Assembly (NCBI GenBank): GCA_007130245.1
Contig: SLSW01000268.1
Span: 85 to 64,084 of the forward strand
DNA from: Micromonosporaceae bacterium
Lineage (GTDB): Bacteria; Actinomycetota; Actinomycetes; Mycobacteriales; Micromonosporaceae
Length of the DNA stretch: 64,000 nt
Reading direction: 5' to 3'
Part shown: one piece after another, positions 47,914 through 56,615 of the stretch
Numbering within the stretch: the stretch's first letter is position 1
Layout: the number at the start of each line of letters is the position of its first letter
Notes under the pieces: model-generated
What the model saw: the letters and a program-made list of their open reading frames with translations, nothing else
The model's database searches: none
What the model was told of the DNA's origin: nothing
Translations under genes and position numbers: made by a program

Positions 47914-48573
47914 TCAGCCCTCCCGCGGCTGCGGAGGCGCCGTGGCGGGCGCGACCGCTTCGGTGCTGCCGGCCTCGGCGAACCGGGCCGGGTTGATGGC
48001 CCCGCCGGAGATGATGAAACTCATCGCCTCGTCGATGCTCATGTCGCTGGGGTGCACCTGCGCCACCGGCACCAGCTCCAGGAAACCGGAGGTGGGGTTG
48101 GGGGTGGTGGGCACGTACACCGCGGCGTACTCCTCACCGGTGACGGTGTCGGTGAGCACCCGCGTAACCAGGCCGACCGCCTTCATCCCCTGGTGCGGAA
48201 AGTCCACCAGCACCACCCGCTGCGCCTGCTCCGGAGAGGTCTGCACCACGTTGAGCAGCTTCTTGGTGCCGCCGTAGATGGTCTGCACCAGCGGGATGCG
48301 TGCCACGAGCCGGTCGAAAGCGCGCAGCAGGCGTTTGCCGAACACCCGGGTGCCGAACCAGCCCAGCAGGTAGATGAGCAGCAGCGTCAGCAGCGCCCCG
48401 ACGATGACCAGCAGCCAGTCCAGAGTGCCCGGCCAGCCGATGACCCGCAGCAGCGGCTCGCTGACCGAGGCGAGGGTGGTGAAGACGAACCGTACTACAA
48501 TCCAGGTCAGCCAGATCGGCAGGAACAGCAGGATGCCGGCGACCAGATAGCGGCGGATGCCCAGTTTGTGCAT
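47914..48573 (-). CDS. DUF502 domain membrane protein
   Basis: The likely start is ATG 48573 (MHKLGIRRYLVAGILLFLPIWLTWIVV). RIPLVQTIYGGTKKLL is typical of DUF502. Confidence 0.8.
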   Translation of the reverse strand: MHKLGIRRYLVAGILLFLPIWLTWIVVRFVFTTLASVSEPLLRVIGWPGTLDWLLVIVGALLTLLLIYLLGWFGTRVFGKRLLRAFDRLVARIPLVQTIYGGTKKLLNVVQTSPEQAQRVVLVDFPHQGMKAVGLVTRVLTDTVTGEEYAAVYVPTTPNPTSGFLELVPVAQVHPSDMSIDEAMSFIISGGAINPARFAEAGSTEAVAPATAPPQPREG

Positions 48574-48581
48574 GGGCAGCA

Positions 48582-49370
48582 GTGTACGTCTCCGCCGGTG
48601 GGAGGGAGGTGCAGGAACTGAGCGAGCCGCACGGCCGGCTGGCCGACCGCACCGCACTCGTGACCGGCGCCTCACGCGGGATCGGGGCCGCCACCGCCCG
48701 TTTCCTCGCCGGTCGGGGTGCCCGGGTGGCGGTCAACTACCGGGACACGGCCCGCCGCGCCGAGCAGGTGGTCGAAGACATCCACACCGCCGGGGGACAG
48801 GCCACCGCCGTACGCGCTGACCTCACCGACCCGGCGGCGCTCGAGTCGATGGCCAAGGCGGTGGCGTCGTGGTCGGGCGCGTTGCACCTGCTGGTGCTCA
48901 ACGCCTCGGGCGGGATGGAACGCGACGTCGACCCCGGGTACGCGCTGCGGCTCAACCGCGACGCCCAGGTGGCATGCGTACGGGCGATGCTGCCGCTGAT
49001 GCCGCACGGGTCGCGGATCGTGTTCGTCACCAGCCACCAGGCGCACTTCGTCGGCCAGCAGCCCACGCTGTCGGCCTACCAGCCGGTGGCGCGCAGCAAG
49101 CGCGCCGGTGAGGACGCGCTGCGAGCCATGATGGACGAGCTTGACGCGTGCGGCGTGAGCCTGGTGGTGGTCTCCGGCGACATGATCGAGGGCACGATCA
49201 CGGCCACCTTGATCGACCGGGCCGCTCCGGGGGCTGTCGAGTCCCGACGGGCGCAGGCCGGCGGGCTGCCCACCGTTGAGGAATTCGCCGCCGAGGTGGC
49301 CTGCGCCGCGGTCGCCGACGTCGCCACCGGCCACACCGTCTACGTTGGCGGTTCAGATTACCTGACCTGA
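48582..49370 (+). CDS. SDR family oxidoreductase
   Basis: It has the TGASRGIG cofactor motif. The start is uncertain (48582 or 48609). Confidence 0.85.
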   Translation: MYVSAGGREVQELSEPHGRLADRTALVTGASRGIGAATARFLAGRGARVAVNYRDTARRAEQVVEDIHTAGGQATAVRADLTDPAALESMAKAVASWSGALHLLVLNASGGMERDVDPGYALRLNRDAQVACVRAMLPLMPHGSRIVFVTSHQAHFVGQQPTLSAYQPVARSKRAGEDALRAMMDELDACGVSLVVVSGDMIEGTITATLIDRAAPGAVESRRAQAGGLPTVEEFAAEVACAAVADVATGHTVYVGGSDYLT

Positions 49371-49386
49371 CGTTAACGGAGGCACG

Positions 49387-49806
49387 ATGCCACGACCCCG
49401 CACGCGCATGGCGGGACCCGTGCTCGACAGCGCGGACCCGCTGGCGCTGGCCGACTTCTACGCGCGGCTGCTCGGTTGGCCGGTGGTCGAGCGGGAAGGC
49501 CCGCGTCCCGGACACCCGCCCACCGACGGCTGGGCGAAGATCCGATCCCGGGAGCAGGACCTCAAGATCGAATTTCAGTTCGAGGAGCACTACACGCCAC
49601 CGGTGTGGCCACCGGTCGACGGCGCGCCGCAGATGATGATCCACCTCGACATCGGCGTCGACGACCTGGACACCGCGGTGGCGTGGGCGCTGGAGGCGGG
49701 GGCCACCCTGGCCGACCACCAGCCGCAGCAGGGAGTGCGGGTGCTGCTCGACCCCGACGGGCACCCGTTCTGCCTGTTCCCCGACCCCGGCCTGACCCCG
49801 GCCTGA
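49387..49806 (+). CDS. VOC (glyoxalase/bleomycin resistance-like) family protein
   Basis: DPLALADFYARLLGW...MIHLDIGVDDLD...DPDGHPFCLF. Confidence 0.8.
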   Translation: MPRPRTRMAGPVLDSADPLALADFYARLLGWPVVEREGPRPGHPPTDGWAKIRSREQDLKIEFQFEEHYTPPVWPPVDGAPQMMIHLDIGVDDLDTAVAWALEAGATLADHQPQQGVRVLLDPDGHPFCLFPDPGLTPA

Positions 49807-49834
49807 CCCGACCCCGGCCTGACCCCGGCCTGAC
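49781..49834. repeat. perfect 27-bp tandem duplication spanning a stop codon
   Basis: ccgaccccggcctgaccccggcctgac occurs at 49781-49807 and again at 49808-49834. Each unit contains an 11-bp sub-repeat. Confidence 0.9.
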
Positions 49835-49921
49835 CTGACCCCGCCCGATCGCTCCGGCCCTTTCCGCTTGGGGGGCTGAATGGCGCCCGTTACGCCAGCT
49901 TTGCAGGGGTTTGTGGCCTCT

Positions 49922-50246
49922 ATGCGTAGCCATCCGGCCCCCCAAGCGGGCGGAGGCACCGACAACATCAGCATCGCCCTGATGACCAGCCCAGCCGGTT
50001 GGCAGGAACCGGGCCAGCGCCCGGAGTTCGAGGAGTACACGCTCGTGCTGCGCGGCACGCTGGCTGCGCGGCACCCTGGTGCTCGACCAGGAAGAGGGCC
50101 CGCTCGAGGTCACCGCCGGCCAGGCGGTGCGGGTCGCGCCCGGGGAGTGGGTGCGCTACGGCACCCCGTACGAGGGTGGAGCCGGGTACGTGTCGGTGTG
50201 CCTGCCCGCCTTCTCGCCCGAGGCGGCGCACCGCGACCAGGAGTGA
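49922..50246 (+). pseudogene. cupin domain gene disrupted by a 16-bp tandem duplication
   Basis: The N-terminal part (WQEPGQRPEFEEYTLVLRGTL) is in the frame of 49922. The C-terminal part (LVLDQEEGPLEVTAGQAVRVAPGEWVRYGTP...HRDQE*) is in another frame and ends at 50246. Confidence 0.65.
50048..50079. repeat. 16-bp tandem duplication (one mismatch)
   Basis: ctgcgcggcacgctgg (50048-50063) is followed directly by ctgcgcggcaccctgg (50064-50079). Confidence 0.9.
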
Positions 50247-50611
50247 CCACACCCCGACCAGCCAGCTCGAGCATCGACCTACTCAAGATTCAGTCGGCTT
50301 CGCGCCGTTGGCCGGGGTGCTGGTGGCCACGCTGACCGTCGGGCTCACCGCCGGGCTGGCCTCGCCGCTGCTGGCCTGTGCGTTCCAGGCCACCATCGAC
50401 GACGCGTACGTGGCCCGGGCCGGCTCGGTCACCTCCCTGTCCGACTCGGCGCTGATGCCGCTGTCGCTGGCCGGGTTCGGGGTGCTGGCCGGGGCCACCA
50501 GCGTGGCCACCGCCTGCGCGGTGTGCGGTGGCGCGTTCCTGCTGCAGATGGCCTACACGCTCTCGCGCCGGCAGGTCCGCCGGCTCGGTGCCGACGGGAC
50601 GGTGTGCACCG

Positions 50612-51349
50612 CTACGTCCGGCGGGTCATGATGCGGGCGGTCACCGCAAGCCCGGCCAGACCCCAGATCGCCAGCATCGCGAACGGCAGTGCCGGCACCC
50701 CGCCGGCGGGCACGTCGATGGTTTCGCGCATGGCCTGGGCCATGTACTGGAACGGCAGCCACTGGTGGGTCGCCGCCAGCCAGTCCGGCAGCCGTTCGGC
50801 CGGGTAGTTGACCGGCGCGAACACGAACGCGACGAAGATGACCAGGTTGGTCAGCACCGTGGTGACCTCGGGCTTGGCCAGGTAGGCGATGCCGTAGCCG
50901 ATCGAGATCGCGACCAGCGCCACCAGCAGCGCCGCCGGCACCACCAGCGGGCTGACGTCATAGGACAGGTCGAACCGCAGCGCCGCCACGACCAGCGCGC
51001 CGACCATGCCGGGCAGCGCCAGCACCGTCCACACCGAGGCGTCGGCGGCCAGCATCGCCAGCCGCGGCACCGGCATGGCCCGCTGGTAGTCGAACAACCC
51101 GCGCAGTTTCTGCTGCGACAGCGCCTGCGGCGCCAGCACCATCCCCGCCATGATCAGCGCCACCGTGGGTGCGCCGGTCGACAGGTAGAGCACCGTGACC
51201 CGGTCGTGTTCCGGGATCAGAATCGAGAAGCCGAGCACGATCCCGCCCGACATCATCAGCTGGGCGATCAGCAGCAACGGGAGGAAGGTGCGCATCCGCA
51301 GCAGGTTCCACCTCAGCAGCAGCAGGTAGCTACGCAGCCAGTGACGCAC
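50612..51349 (-). CDS. ABC-2 type transporter permease
   Basis: 245 aa with six hydrophobic segments. It overlaps the upstream ATPase gene. Confidence 0.8.
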   Translation of the reverse strand: MRHWLRSYLLLLRWNLLRMRTFLPLLLIAQLMMSGGIVLGFSILIPEHDRVTVLYLSTGAPTVALIMAGMVLAPQALSQQKLRGLFDYQRAMPVPRLAMLAADASVWTVLALPGMVGALVVAALRFDLSYDVSPLVVPAALLVALVAISIGYGIAYLAKPEVTTVLTNLVIFVAFVFAPVNYPAERLPDWLAATHQWLPFQYMAQAMRETIDVPAGGVPALPFAMLAIWGLAGLAVTARIMTRRT

Positions 51350-52304
51350 TTTCGACCTCCGATTCGATCGGGCCGCCGCGCTCGGTCGGGCCCACCAGTG
51401 TGATGTAGACGTCCTCCAAGCTCACCGGCGTGACCGAGAACTCGTCGACCAGTCCGGCCGTGCGGTGCCGCTGCACCCACGCCAGGGTGGGGGACGCCGT
51501 GGATGCCTCGATGGGAAAGCTGACCCGCCGGCCGGCCACCACCGCCGGCTCCACGCCCTCCGCCTCGCCGGCCAGGCGCGCCGCGGCGTGTGCGTCGGCC
51601 GCGACCAGCTCCATGCGCAGCCGGTCGGCGTGCTCGCCCCGCAACTCGGCCGGGCTGCCCTGGGCCACCACCGTGCCCTGGTCGAGGATCACCAGCCGCT
51701 GCACCGCCCGCTCGGCCTCGACCACGTTGTGGGTCACCAGCACCACCGCGCAGCCCGCCTCGCCCAGTGCCCGTACCTGCTGCCACAACAACCGGCGCCG
51801 CACCGGGTCGACGTCGTTGGTCGGCTCGTCGAACATGACCAGCCGGCCCGGTTCGGCCGCCGCCATGCAGAACGCGGTCAGCCGCCGCACCCCGCCGGAC
51901 AGCTTCTGGCCGACCGTGTCCGCCCACGGCTCCAGGTCCAGCGCCGCCAGCAGCTCGTCGGCGCGCGCGCGTGCCCGGCGCCGGCCCGCTCCCCGGATGC
52001 GGGCCATCAGCCGGATCGCCTGGCGCGGGGTGATGCCGTCCAGCGGGGCCTGCGCCTGCGGTTGCAGCGAACACATCCGTCGCGCCGTGTCCGGATCCGC
52101 CACCGGGTCGCAGCCGTCGATGCGGATGGCGCCCGAGGTCGGCCGCGACAGGCCGATCACCTGGTTGAGCAGCGTGGTCTTGCCGGCGCCGTTGTGCCCG
52201 AGCAGGCCGAACACCTCGCCGGCGGCCACGGACAGCGAAATGCCGTCGTTGGCGCGCACCCGGCCGCGGTAGACCTTGCACAGGTCGTCGATCGTGAGCA
52301 GCAT
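51330..52304 (-). CDS. ABC transporter ATP-binding protein
   Basis: ATG at 52304 (MLLTIDDLCKVY). Walker A GHNGAGKTT, signature LSGGVRR and Walker B LVMFDEP. Confidence 0.9.
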   Translation of the reverse strand: MLLTIDDLCKVYRGRVRANDGISLSVAAGEVFGLLGHNGAGKTTLLNQVIGLSRPTSGAIRIDGCDPVADPDTARRMCSLQPQAQAPLDGITPRQAIRLMARIRGAGRRRARARADELLAALDLEPWADTVGQKLSGGVRRLTAFCMAAAEPGRLVMFDEPTNDVDPVRRRLLWQQVRALGEAGCAVVLVTHNVVEAERAVQRLVILDQGTVVAQGSPAELRGEHADRLRMELVAADAHAAARLAGEAEGVEPAVVAGRRVSFPIEASTASPTLAWVQRHRTAGLVDEFSVTPVSLEDVYITLVGPTERGGPIESEVESASLAA

Positions 52305-52858
52305 CAGGACTCCTCGAGGTCGGGGTAGGGGGTGGCGGCCAGGAAGAACCGCACCCAGCGACCGCCGGGCGGGGGAGCGGGGGCGTCCGTGTCCAACCGG
52401 TCGATATATGGCCGCATGACCGCTTCGATCTGCTCCTGCGCGGTGGCCACCTCCTCGGGGGTCATCGGCAGGGTGCCGCCGATCCGGAAGGAGGCGTCGC
52501 GCCACGGACCGGTCTCGCCGGCGCGCCGGTCGATGAAGTCGAGGATCTTGCCGGCCTCCCGCTCCACCTCCACCTGTGCCAGCTGGTCGACGGCCGGGCC
52601 CGGCGCGCTGTCGAGCGTCTGGTTACGCGAGACGATCCGCCACGGCCGCTCGCGCTGGTCACCGGAGGACTCTCCCTCCTCGACAAATCCGTACCTGGCC
52701 AGCTGCCGCAGGTGATACGAGGCGCTGGCCTGGCTGACTCCCAGCATCTGCGCGCACCGGGCCGCGGTGGCGGGGCTGATGCCGCCGAGCAGCTCCAGCA
52801 GGTCCAGCCGGAGCGGGTGGGCCAGCGCCCGGATCGCCCGCGGGTCATTCACACGCAT
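52304..52858 (-). CDS. ArsR-like winged-helix transcriptional regulator
   Basis: RALAHPLRLDLLELL...VSQASASYHLRQLARYGFV. It has an ATGA overlap with the ABC ATPase gene. Confidence 0.8.
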   Translation of the reverse strand: MRVNDPRAIRALAHPLRLDLLELLGGISPATAARCAQMLGVSQASASYHLRQLARYGFVEEGESSGDQRERPWRIVSRNQTLDSAPGPAVDQLAQVEVEREAGKILDFIDRRAGETGPWRDASFRIGGTLPMTPEEVATAQEQIEAVMRPYIDRLDTDAPAPPPGGRWVRFFLAATPYPDLEES

Positions 52859-52959
52859 GCGCTCAGGTTAGGACTCGCCGATGTAGATGTCAAACAGTTC
52901 TTTGGTATTTCGAACGCCCGGTCTGCGTGGCGTTCTCCGGCATCTGAAATCATCCGGCG

Positions 52960-53481
52960 GTGCCCACATCGCTCACCCTGCTCGCAGACGTCCCACCTCG
53001 ACCCGAAGCCGGACCAGTGCCGCCCGGATACACCGCGCGCGAGTGCCGCCGAGACGACATTCACGCTCTTGGTCACCTGTATTTCGAGGCGTACGACCCG
53101 GGACAGGCGTGTGACAGCGTGGCCGAGGCGGTCGCCGACATCGAGGCATCCTTCGCCGGCCAGTACGGTCCGCTGTGGCCCGAAGCCTCGCCGCTGCTCG
53201 TCACTGACCAGCAGCAGCCCGCCGCGGCAATCATGGTGGTGGAGCGGGCGCCCTGGACCGACACACCCGACTGCCCGTTCATCATCGAACTGTTCACCGC
53301 CCGGGCACACCGCCGCCGCGGCCTCGGTCGCTGGTTGATCCGGGCGGCCATGGACGCGGTCGCCGCAGCCGGCCGTGACCAGCTCGCACTACGCGTTGCC
53401 AGCGACAACGACCCCGCACGCGGGCTCTACCGCAGCCTCGGCTTCCGGGAATGGACGCCGGAGCAGCCGCTCACCGGGTGA
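52960..53481 (+). CDS. GNAT family N-acetyltransferase
   Basis: It has the RRRGLGRWLIRAAMD acetyl-CoA motif (R/Q-x-x-G-x-G/A). Confidence 0.8.
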   Translation: MPTSLTLLADVPPRPEAGPVPPGYTARECRRDDIHALGHLYFEAYDPGQACDSVAEAVADIEASFAGQYGPLWPEASPLLVTDQQQPAAAIMVVERAPWTDTPDCPFIIELFTARAHRRRGLGRWLIRAAMDAVAAAGRDQLALRVASDNDPARGLYRSLGFREWTPEQPLTG

Positions 53482-54691
53482 GCAACGGCAGCCGCCGCAC
53501 GCCCCGCAGGAACAGGCTCGGGCTCCACTCCAGCTCCGACGGGTCGACCGCGAATGCCAGGTGGGCGAACCGACGCAGCAGCGCGTCGATGGCGATGCGG
53601 CCCTCCAGCCGCGCCAGCGGAGCACCCAGGCAGAAGTGGATGCCGTGACCGAAACCCAGGTGCCGGTTCGGGCTGCGGGCGAGGTCGAACGTGTCCGGCT
53701 CCGGGAACACCGCCGGGTCCCGGTTGGCGGCCAGCAGCACCGGCACCACGACGTCGCCCTGCGGAACGCGCACCCCGTCGAAGTCCACGTCGGCCATCGC
53801 GAACAGCATCGCCGAGTGTCCGACCGGGCCGTTGAAGCGCAGGATCTCCTCGACCGCCGAGTCGATCAGCTCCGGCTGGGCGCGCAGGCGTGCCAGCTGG
53901 TCCGGATGGCGCAGCAGCTCCAGCATGCCGTTGCCGATCAGGTTCACCGTCGTCTCGTGGCCGGCGACCAGCAGCAGGAACACGCTGGACAGCAGCTCAG
54001 TGTGGTCGAGCCGGTCGCCGTCCTCCTCGGCCTGGATGAGCTGCGACAGCAGGTCCTCGCCCGGCTGCGCCCGACGCTGCTCGATCCGCTCGTTGATGTA
54101 GCCGATGAACTCCATCGCGGAGCTGCGCACCCGGTCCTGGTCGGTGCTGCGCAGCAGGTCGTCGACCCAGCCCCGGAACTGGGCCCGGTCATCGATCGGA
54201 ATGCCCAGCAGCTCGGCGATGACCAGGATCGGCAGCGGCAGCGCCACCGCCTCGATCAGGTCGAACCCGCCGTCGCACTCGGCGGCGGCGTCGATGAGTC
54301 CGGCGGTGATCTCCTCGATGCGCGGTCGCATCGCCGCCACCGTCCGAGCGCCGAACGCGGGCGTCATCAGCCGCCGCAACCGGGTGTGGTCGGGCGGGTC
54401 CAGGTTGAGCACATTGCGCCGCAGCATCTGCAGGCCATCGTCCAGCCACTGGCGGTGCGTGGCGGCGAGCTCGTTCGGCAGGCGGTCGACCTCCCGGCCG
54501 ATGTCCGGATCGTGCAGCGCCCGCTGCACATCGGCATACCGGGTGAGGAACCAGAACGAACGACCGGTCTGCGGACCGACGAAGCGGTAGACCGGGGCCT
54601 GCTCGCGCATCCGGCGGAACAGCGGGTGCGGGTCCGGAAGATGCGCCGGGTCGGTCGGGTTGAACTGCTGCTCAGGCGTGATCGTGGTCAT
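53471..54691 (-). CDS. cytochrome P450
   Basis: ATG 54691 (MTTITPEQQFNP). AGHETT in the I-helix, an EILR motif, and the heme loop FGHGIHFCLGAPLAR. Confidence 0.9.
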   Translation of the reverse strand: MTTITPEQQFNPTDPAHLPDPHPLFRRMREQAPVYRFVGPQTGRSFWFLTRYADVQRALHDPDIGREVDRLPNELAATHRQWLDDGLQMLRRNVLNLDPPDHTRLRRLMTPAFGARTVAAMRPRIEEITAGLIDAAAECDGGFDLIEAVALPLPILVIAELLGIPIDDRAQFRGWVDDLLRSTDQDRVRSSAMEFIGYINERIEQRRAQPGEDLLSQLIQAEEDGDRLDHTELLSSVFLLLVAGHETTVNLIGNGMLELLRHPDQLARLRAQPELIDSAVEEILRFNGPVGHSAMLFAMADVDFDGVRVPQGDVVVPVLLAANRDPAVFPEPDTFDLARSPNRHLGFGHGIHFCLGAPLARLEGRIAIDALLRRFAHLAFAVDPSELEWSPSLFLRGVRRLPLLTR

Positions 54692-54785
54692 GGAGTTGCC
54701 CCTCTGGAAAGCACACTCGCGTGTGCCTGCACAGTTACCGTAACCGCCGCTGTCAAGCAGCCACCGGGCCGCGCACCGACCCGGC

Positions 54786-55415
54786 CTACCAGGCGTCAAC
54801 CAGGGCAGGCCGTTGCGGATCGTCGAGGCGTACCACCACGTCTGCGATGGCGGCCGGTGACACCTCGGCCTCGTAGCGGGCGTAGGCGGGCAGCGTCCAC
54901 TGCCGCGCCGGGGTGGTGAGCCGACGCAGCGCCGCATCCGACAACCACAGGTGCACCACCAGGTCGAACGGCAACCCACCACCGAGCAGCATAGGACCGC
55001 TGACCAGCACCACACCGCCGTCGGGCACGGTGACGTACGGCGCCCGAGTGGCCCGGTCGGCCAGCGGATCCCACAGGCTCGGCAACATCTGACCGTCGCC
55101 GTCCGGGCCGACCCGGTCGAGCACCTCCCGGCGCAGGCCCGACTCGTCCAGCCACCGCTCGTAGAACGCCTCCGGATTGGTACGGCCCTGCTCGAAGCGG
55201 ATCGAGGCCGGGCGCAGGAAGTCGATGCTGCGGACGTGCCGCGCCTCGCGTCCGCGCACCCGCAGCGGGTCGACCAGCTGTTGCGCGAATCCGTCCGGCT
55301 CGGTGGCCTCCGCGCCGTCGACAGCCACCCGCAGGCGGCGATCCGGCAGCCTGACGGCGATCCGGTCGGTCAGCTCGTCGACCAATCTGGACGGGGACAC
55401 CGCACGTACCTGCAT
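54786..55415 (-). CDS. uridine kinase-like protein with degenerate P-loop
   Basis: It has an overall nucleoside-kinase-like pattern. The Walker A position reads VDGAEATEPD, with no GK[ST]. The start is 55415 or 55433. Confidence 0.5.
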   Translation of the reverse strand: MQVRAVSPSRLVDELTDRIAVRLPDRRLRVAVDGAEATEPDGFAQQLVDPLRVRGREARHVRSIDFLRPASIRFEQGRTNPEAFYERWLDESGLRREVLDRVGPDGDGQMLPSLWDPLADRATRAPYVTVPDGGVVLVSGPMLLGGGLPFDLVVHLWLSDAALRRLTTPARQWTLPAYARYEAEVSPAAIADVVVRLDDPQRPALVDAW

Positions 55416-55447
55416 CAGCCCATCCTGCCCCATAGCAGGATAGTGGT

Positions 55448-55882
55448 GTGACACCGACAAACCAGTGGCGACCGACCCGCACCTTCCACAGCAGCGCCGG
55501 CGCCGTGCGCTGGGACGAGCTCGGCGACCCCGACGCCGACCCGGTGGTGCTGTGCCACGGCACCCCGTTCTCGTCCTATGTGTGACGCCACATCGCGCGG
55601 GCGCTGGCGACAAGACACCGGGCGCTGGTCTGGGACATGCCCGGCTACGGCGCCTCGGACAAGTACGACGGCCAGGACGTATCGCTGGGAACGCAGGGCA
55701 TGGTGTTCACCGAACTGCTGCAGCACTGGGGGCTCGCCACGCCACAGGTCGTCGCGCACGACTTCGGCGGGGCGGTGGCGCTGCGGGCGCTGCTGCGCGA
55801 GTTCGAGGGCACGCCCGCCGACCTGGTCGCGGCGCGCTCCAGGCTCACCACTGAGCACCTGGCGGCCTACGTGGGCGCCTGA
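55448..55882 (+). pseudogene. alpha/beta hydrolase with in-frame TGA and truncated C-terminus
   Basis: The GTG 55448 frame reads ...VVLCHGTPFSSYV*RHIARALA...WDMPGYGASDK...AHDFGG. TGA at 55583-55585 lies where this family, recalled from memory, usually has Trp. The total is about 145 aa against about 270 expected. Confidence 0.7.
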
Positions 55883-55982
55883 TCCGGGCACACCGGTGGC
55901 ACCGCCACGCCGGTAGACAGGCATCGACGGACCCATCACCCCCGCTGGCTGCGACTCGCCGGCACTGGACCGGGCGACCGGC

Positions 55983-56519
55983 TCAGCGTAGCGACATACC
56001 CTTCTCCTCGAGCGCTTCGGCAAGAATGCGCACTGCCTTCGGCCCGACCCCGTGCATCGCGAGCAGTTCGGCTCTGGTGCGGGTCGCGACCTGGTCGAGT
56101 GTGGTCAGCCCGGCGTTGGCCAACGCGCGGGTAGCGGCCTTGCCGATGCTGGCCGGCAGGTCGCTGCCCGGCCGTGTGGGCGACTCTATGATCGCAGCCA
56201 ACCTCGCGGCCAACTGGGCAGGCGCACGGTGCTTCCATGCGGACATCACCAGGGACCACAGGTGTTGGCCGTCGACGTCACGCAAGGGTGCCTGGAACCC
56301 GATCGCCGTGCCCGCACGGGTCAGCCGTTCCGCCGTTGGATAGGCCGCAACAGCCTCCTCCGCCTGCGCGTCAGGTAGCCGCAACCGCACCACACCGTCC
56401 TTGGTCAGCGAAGCGAACTCCTTGCCTCGTACGGAGTAGGTCACGGTCCCGTCACCAGCGTCTTCTTCGACCTCCTGAAAAGTCAGCGCCGTCTTGCGCA
56501 ACTGGGCCCGTGTCGTCAT
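55983..56519 (-). CDS. MmcQ/YjbR family DNA-binding protein with C-terminal helix-hairpin-helix
   Basis: The N-terminus is YjbR-like (LRKTALTFQEVEE...SVRGKEFASL). The C-terminus (LTTLDQVATRTRAELLAMHGVGPKAVRIL) is HhH-like. Confidence 0.65.
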   Translation of the reverse strand: MTTRAQLRKTALTFQEVEEDAGDGTVTYSVRGKEFASLTKDGVVRLRLPDAQAEEAVAAYPTAERLTRAGTAIGFQAPLRDVDGQHLWSLVMSAWKHRAPAQLAARLAAIIESPTRPGSDLPASIGKAATRALANAGLTTLDQVATRTRAELLAMHGVGPKAVRILAEALEEKGMSLR

Positions 56520-56615
56520 GCCACGATGTTAAGCAAGGCCACCGACAAGCCGGGCTCGCTCGTGCGGCAGTCTCGCCGGGGGTAGCGGGGAGACAGTGGG
56601 GTCGGCCAAGTGGGC

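Noticed and set aside
47387-49834. Whether the tandem repeats (18-bp array, 27-bp duplication) could be CRISPR arrays
   Set aside because: The units are directly adjacent with no spacers. One array is inside a coding region and encodes a peptide repeat. No cas genes are present.
50191-50212. TGTCGGTG, the first half of the PafBC-dependent RecA-NDp promoter motif
   Set aside because: It lies inside the cupin coding sequence, and the downstream hexamer after N8 is CGCCTT, not TANNNT.
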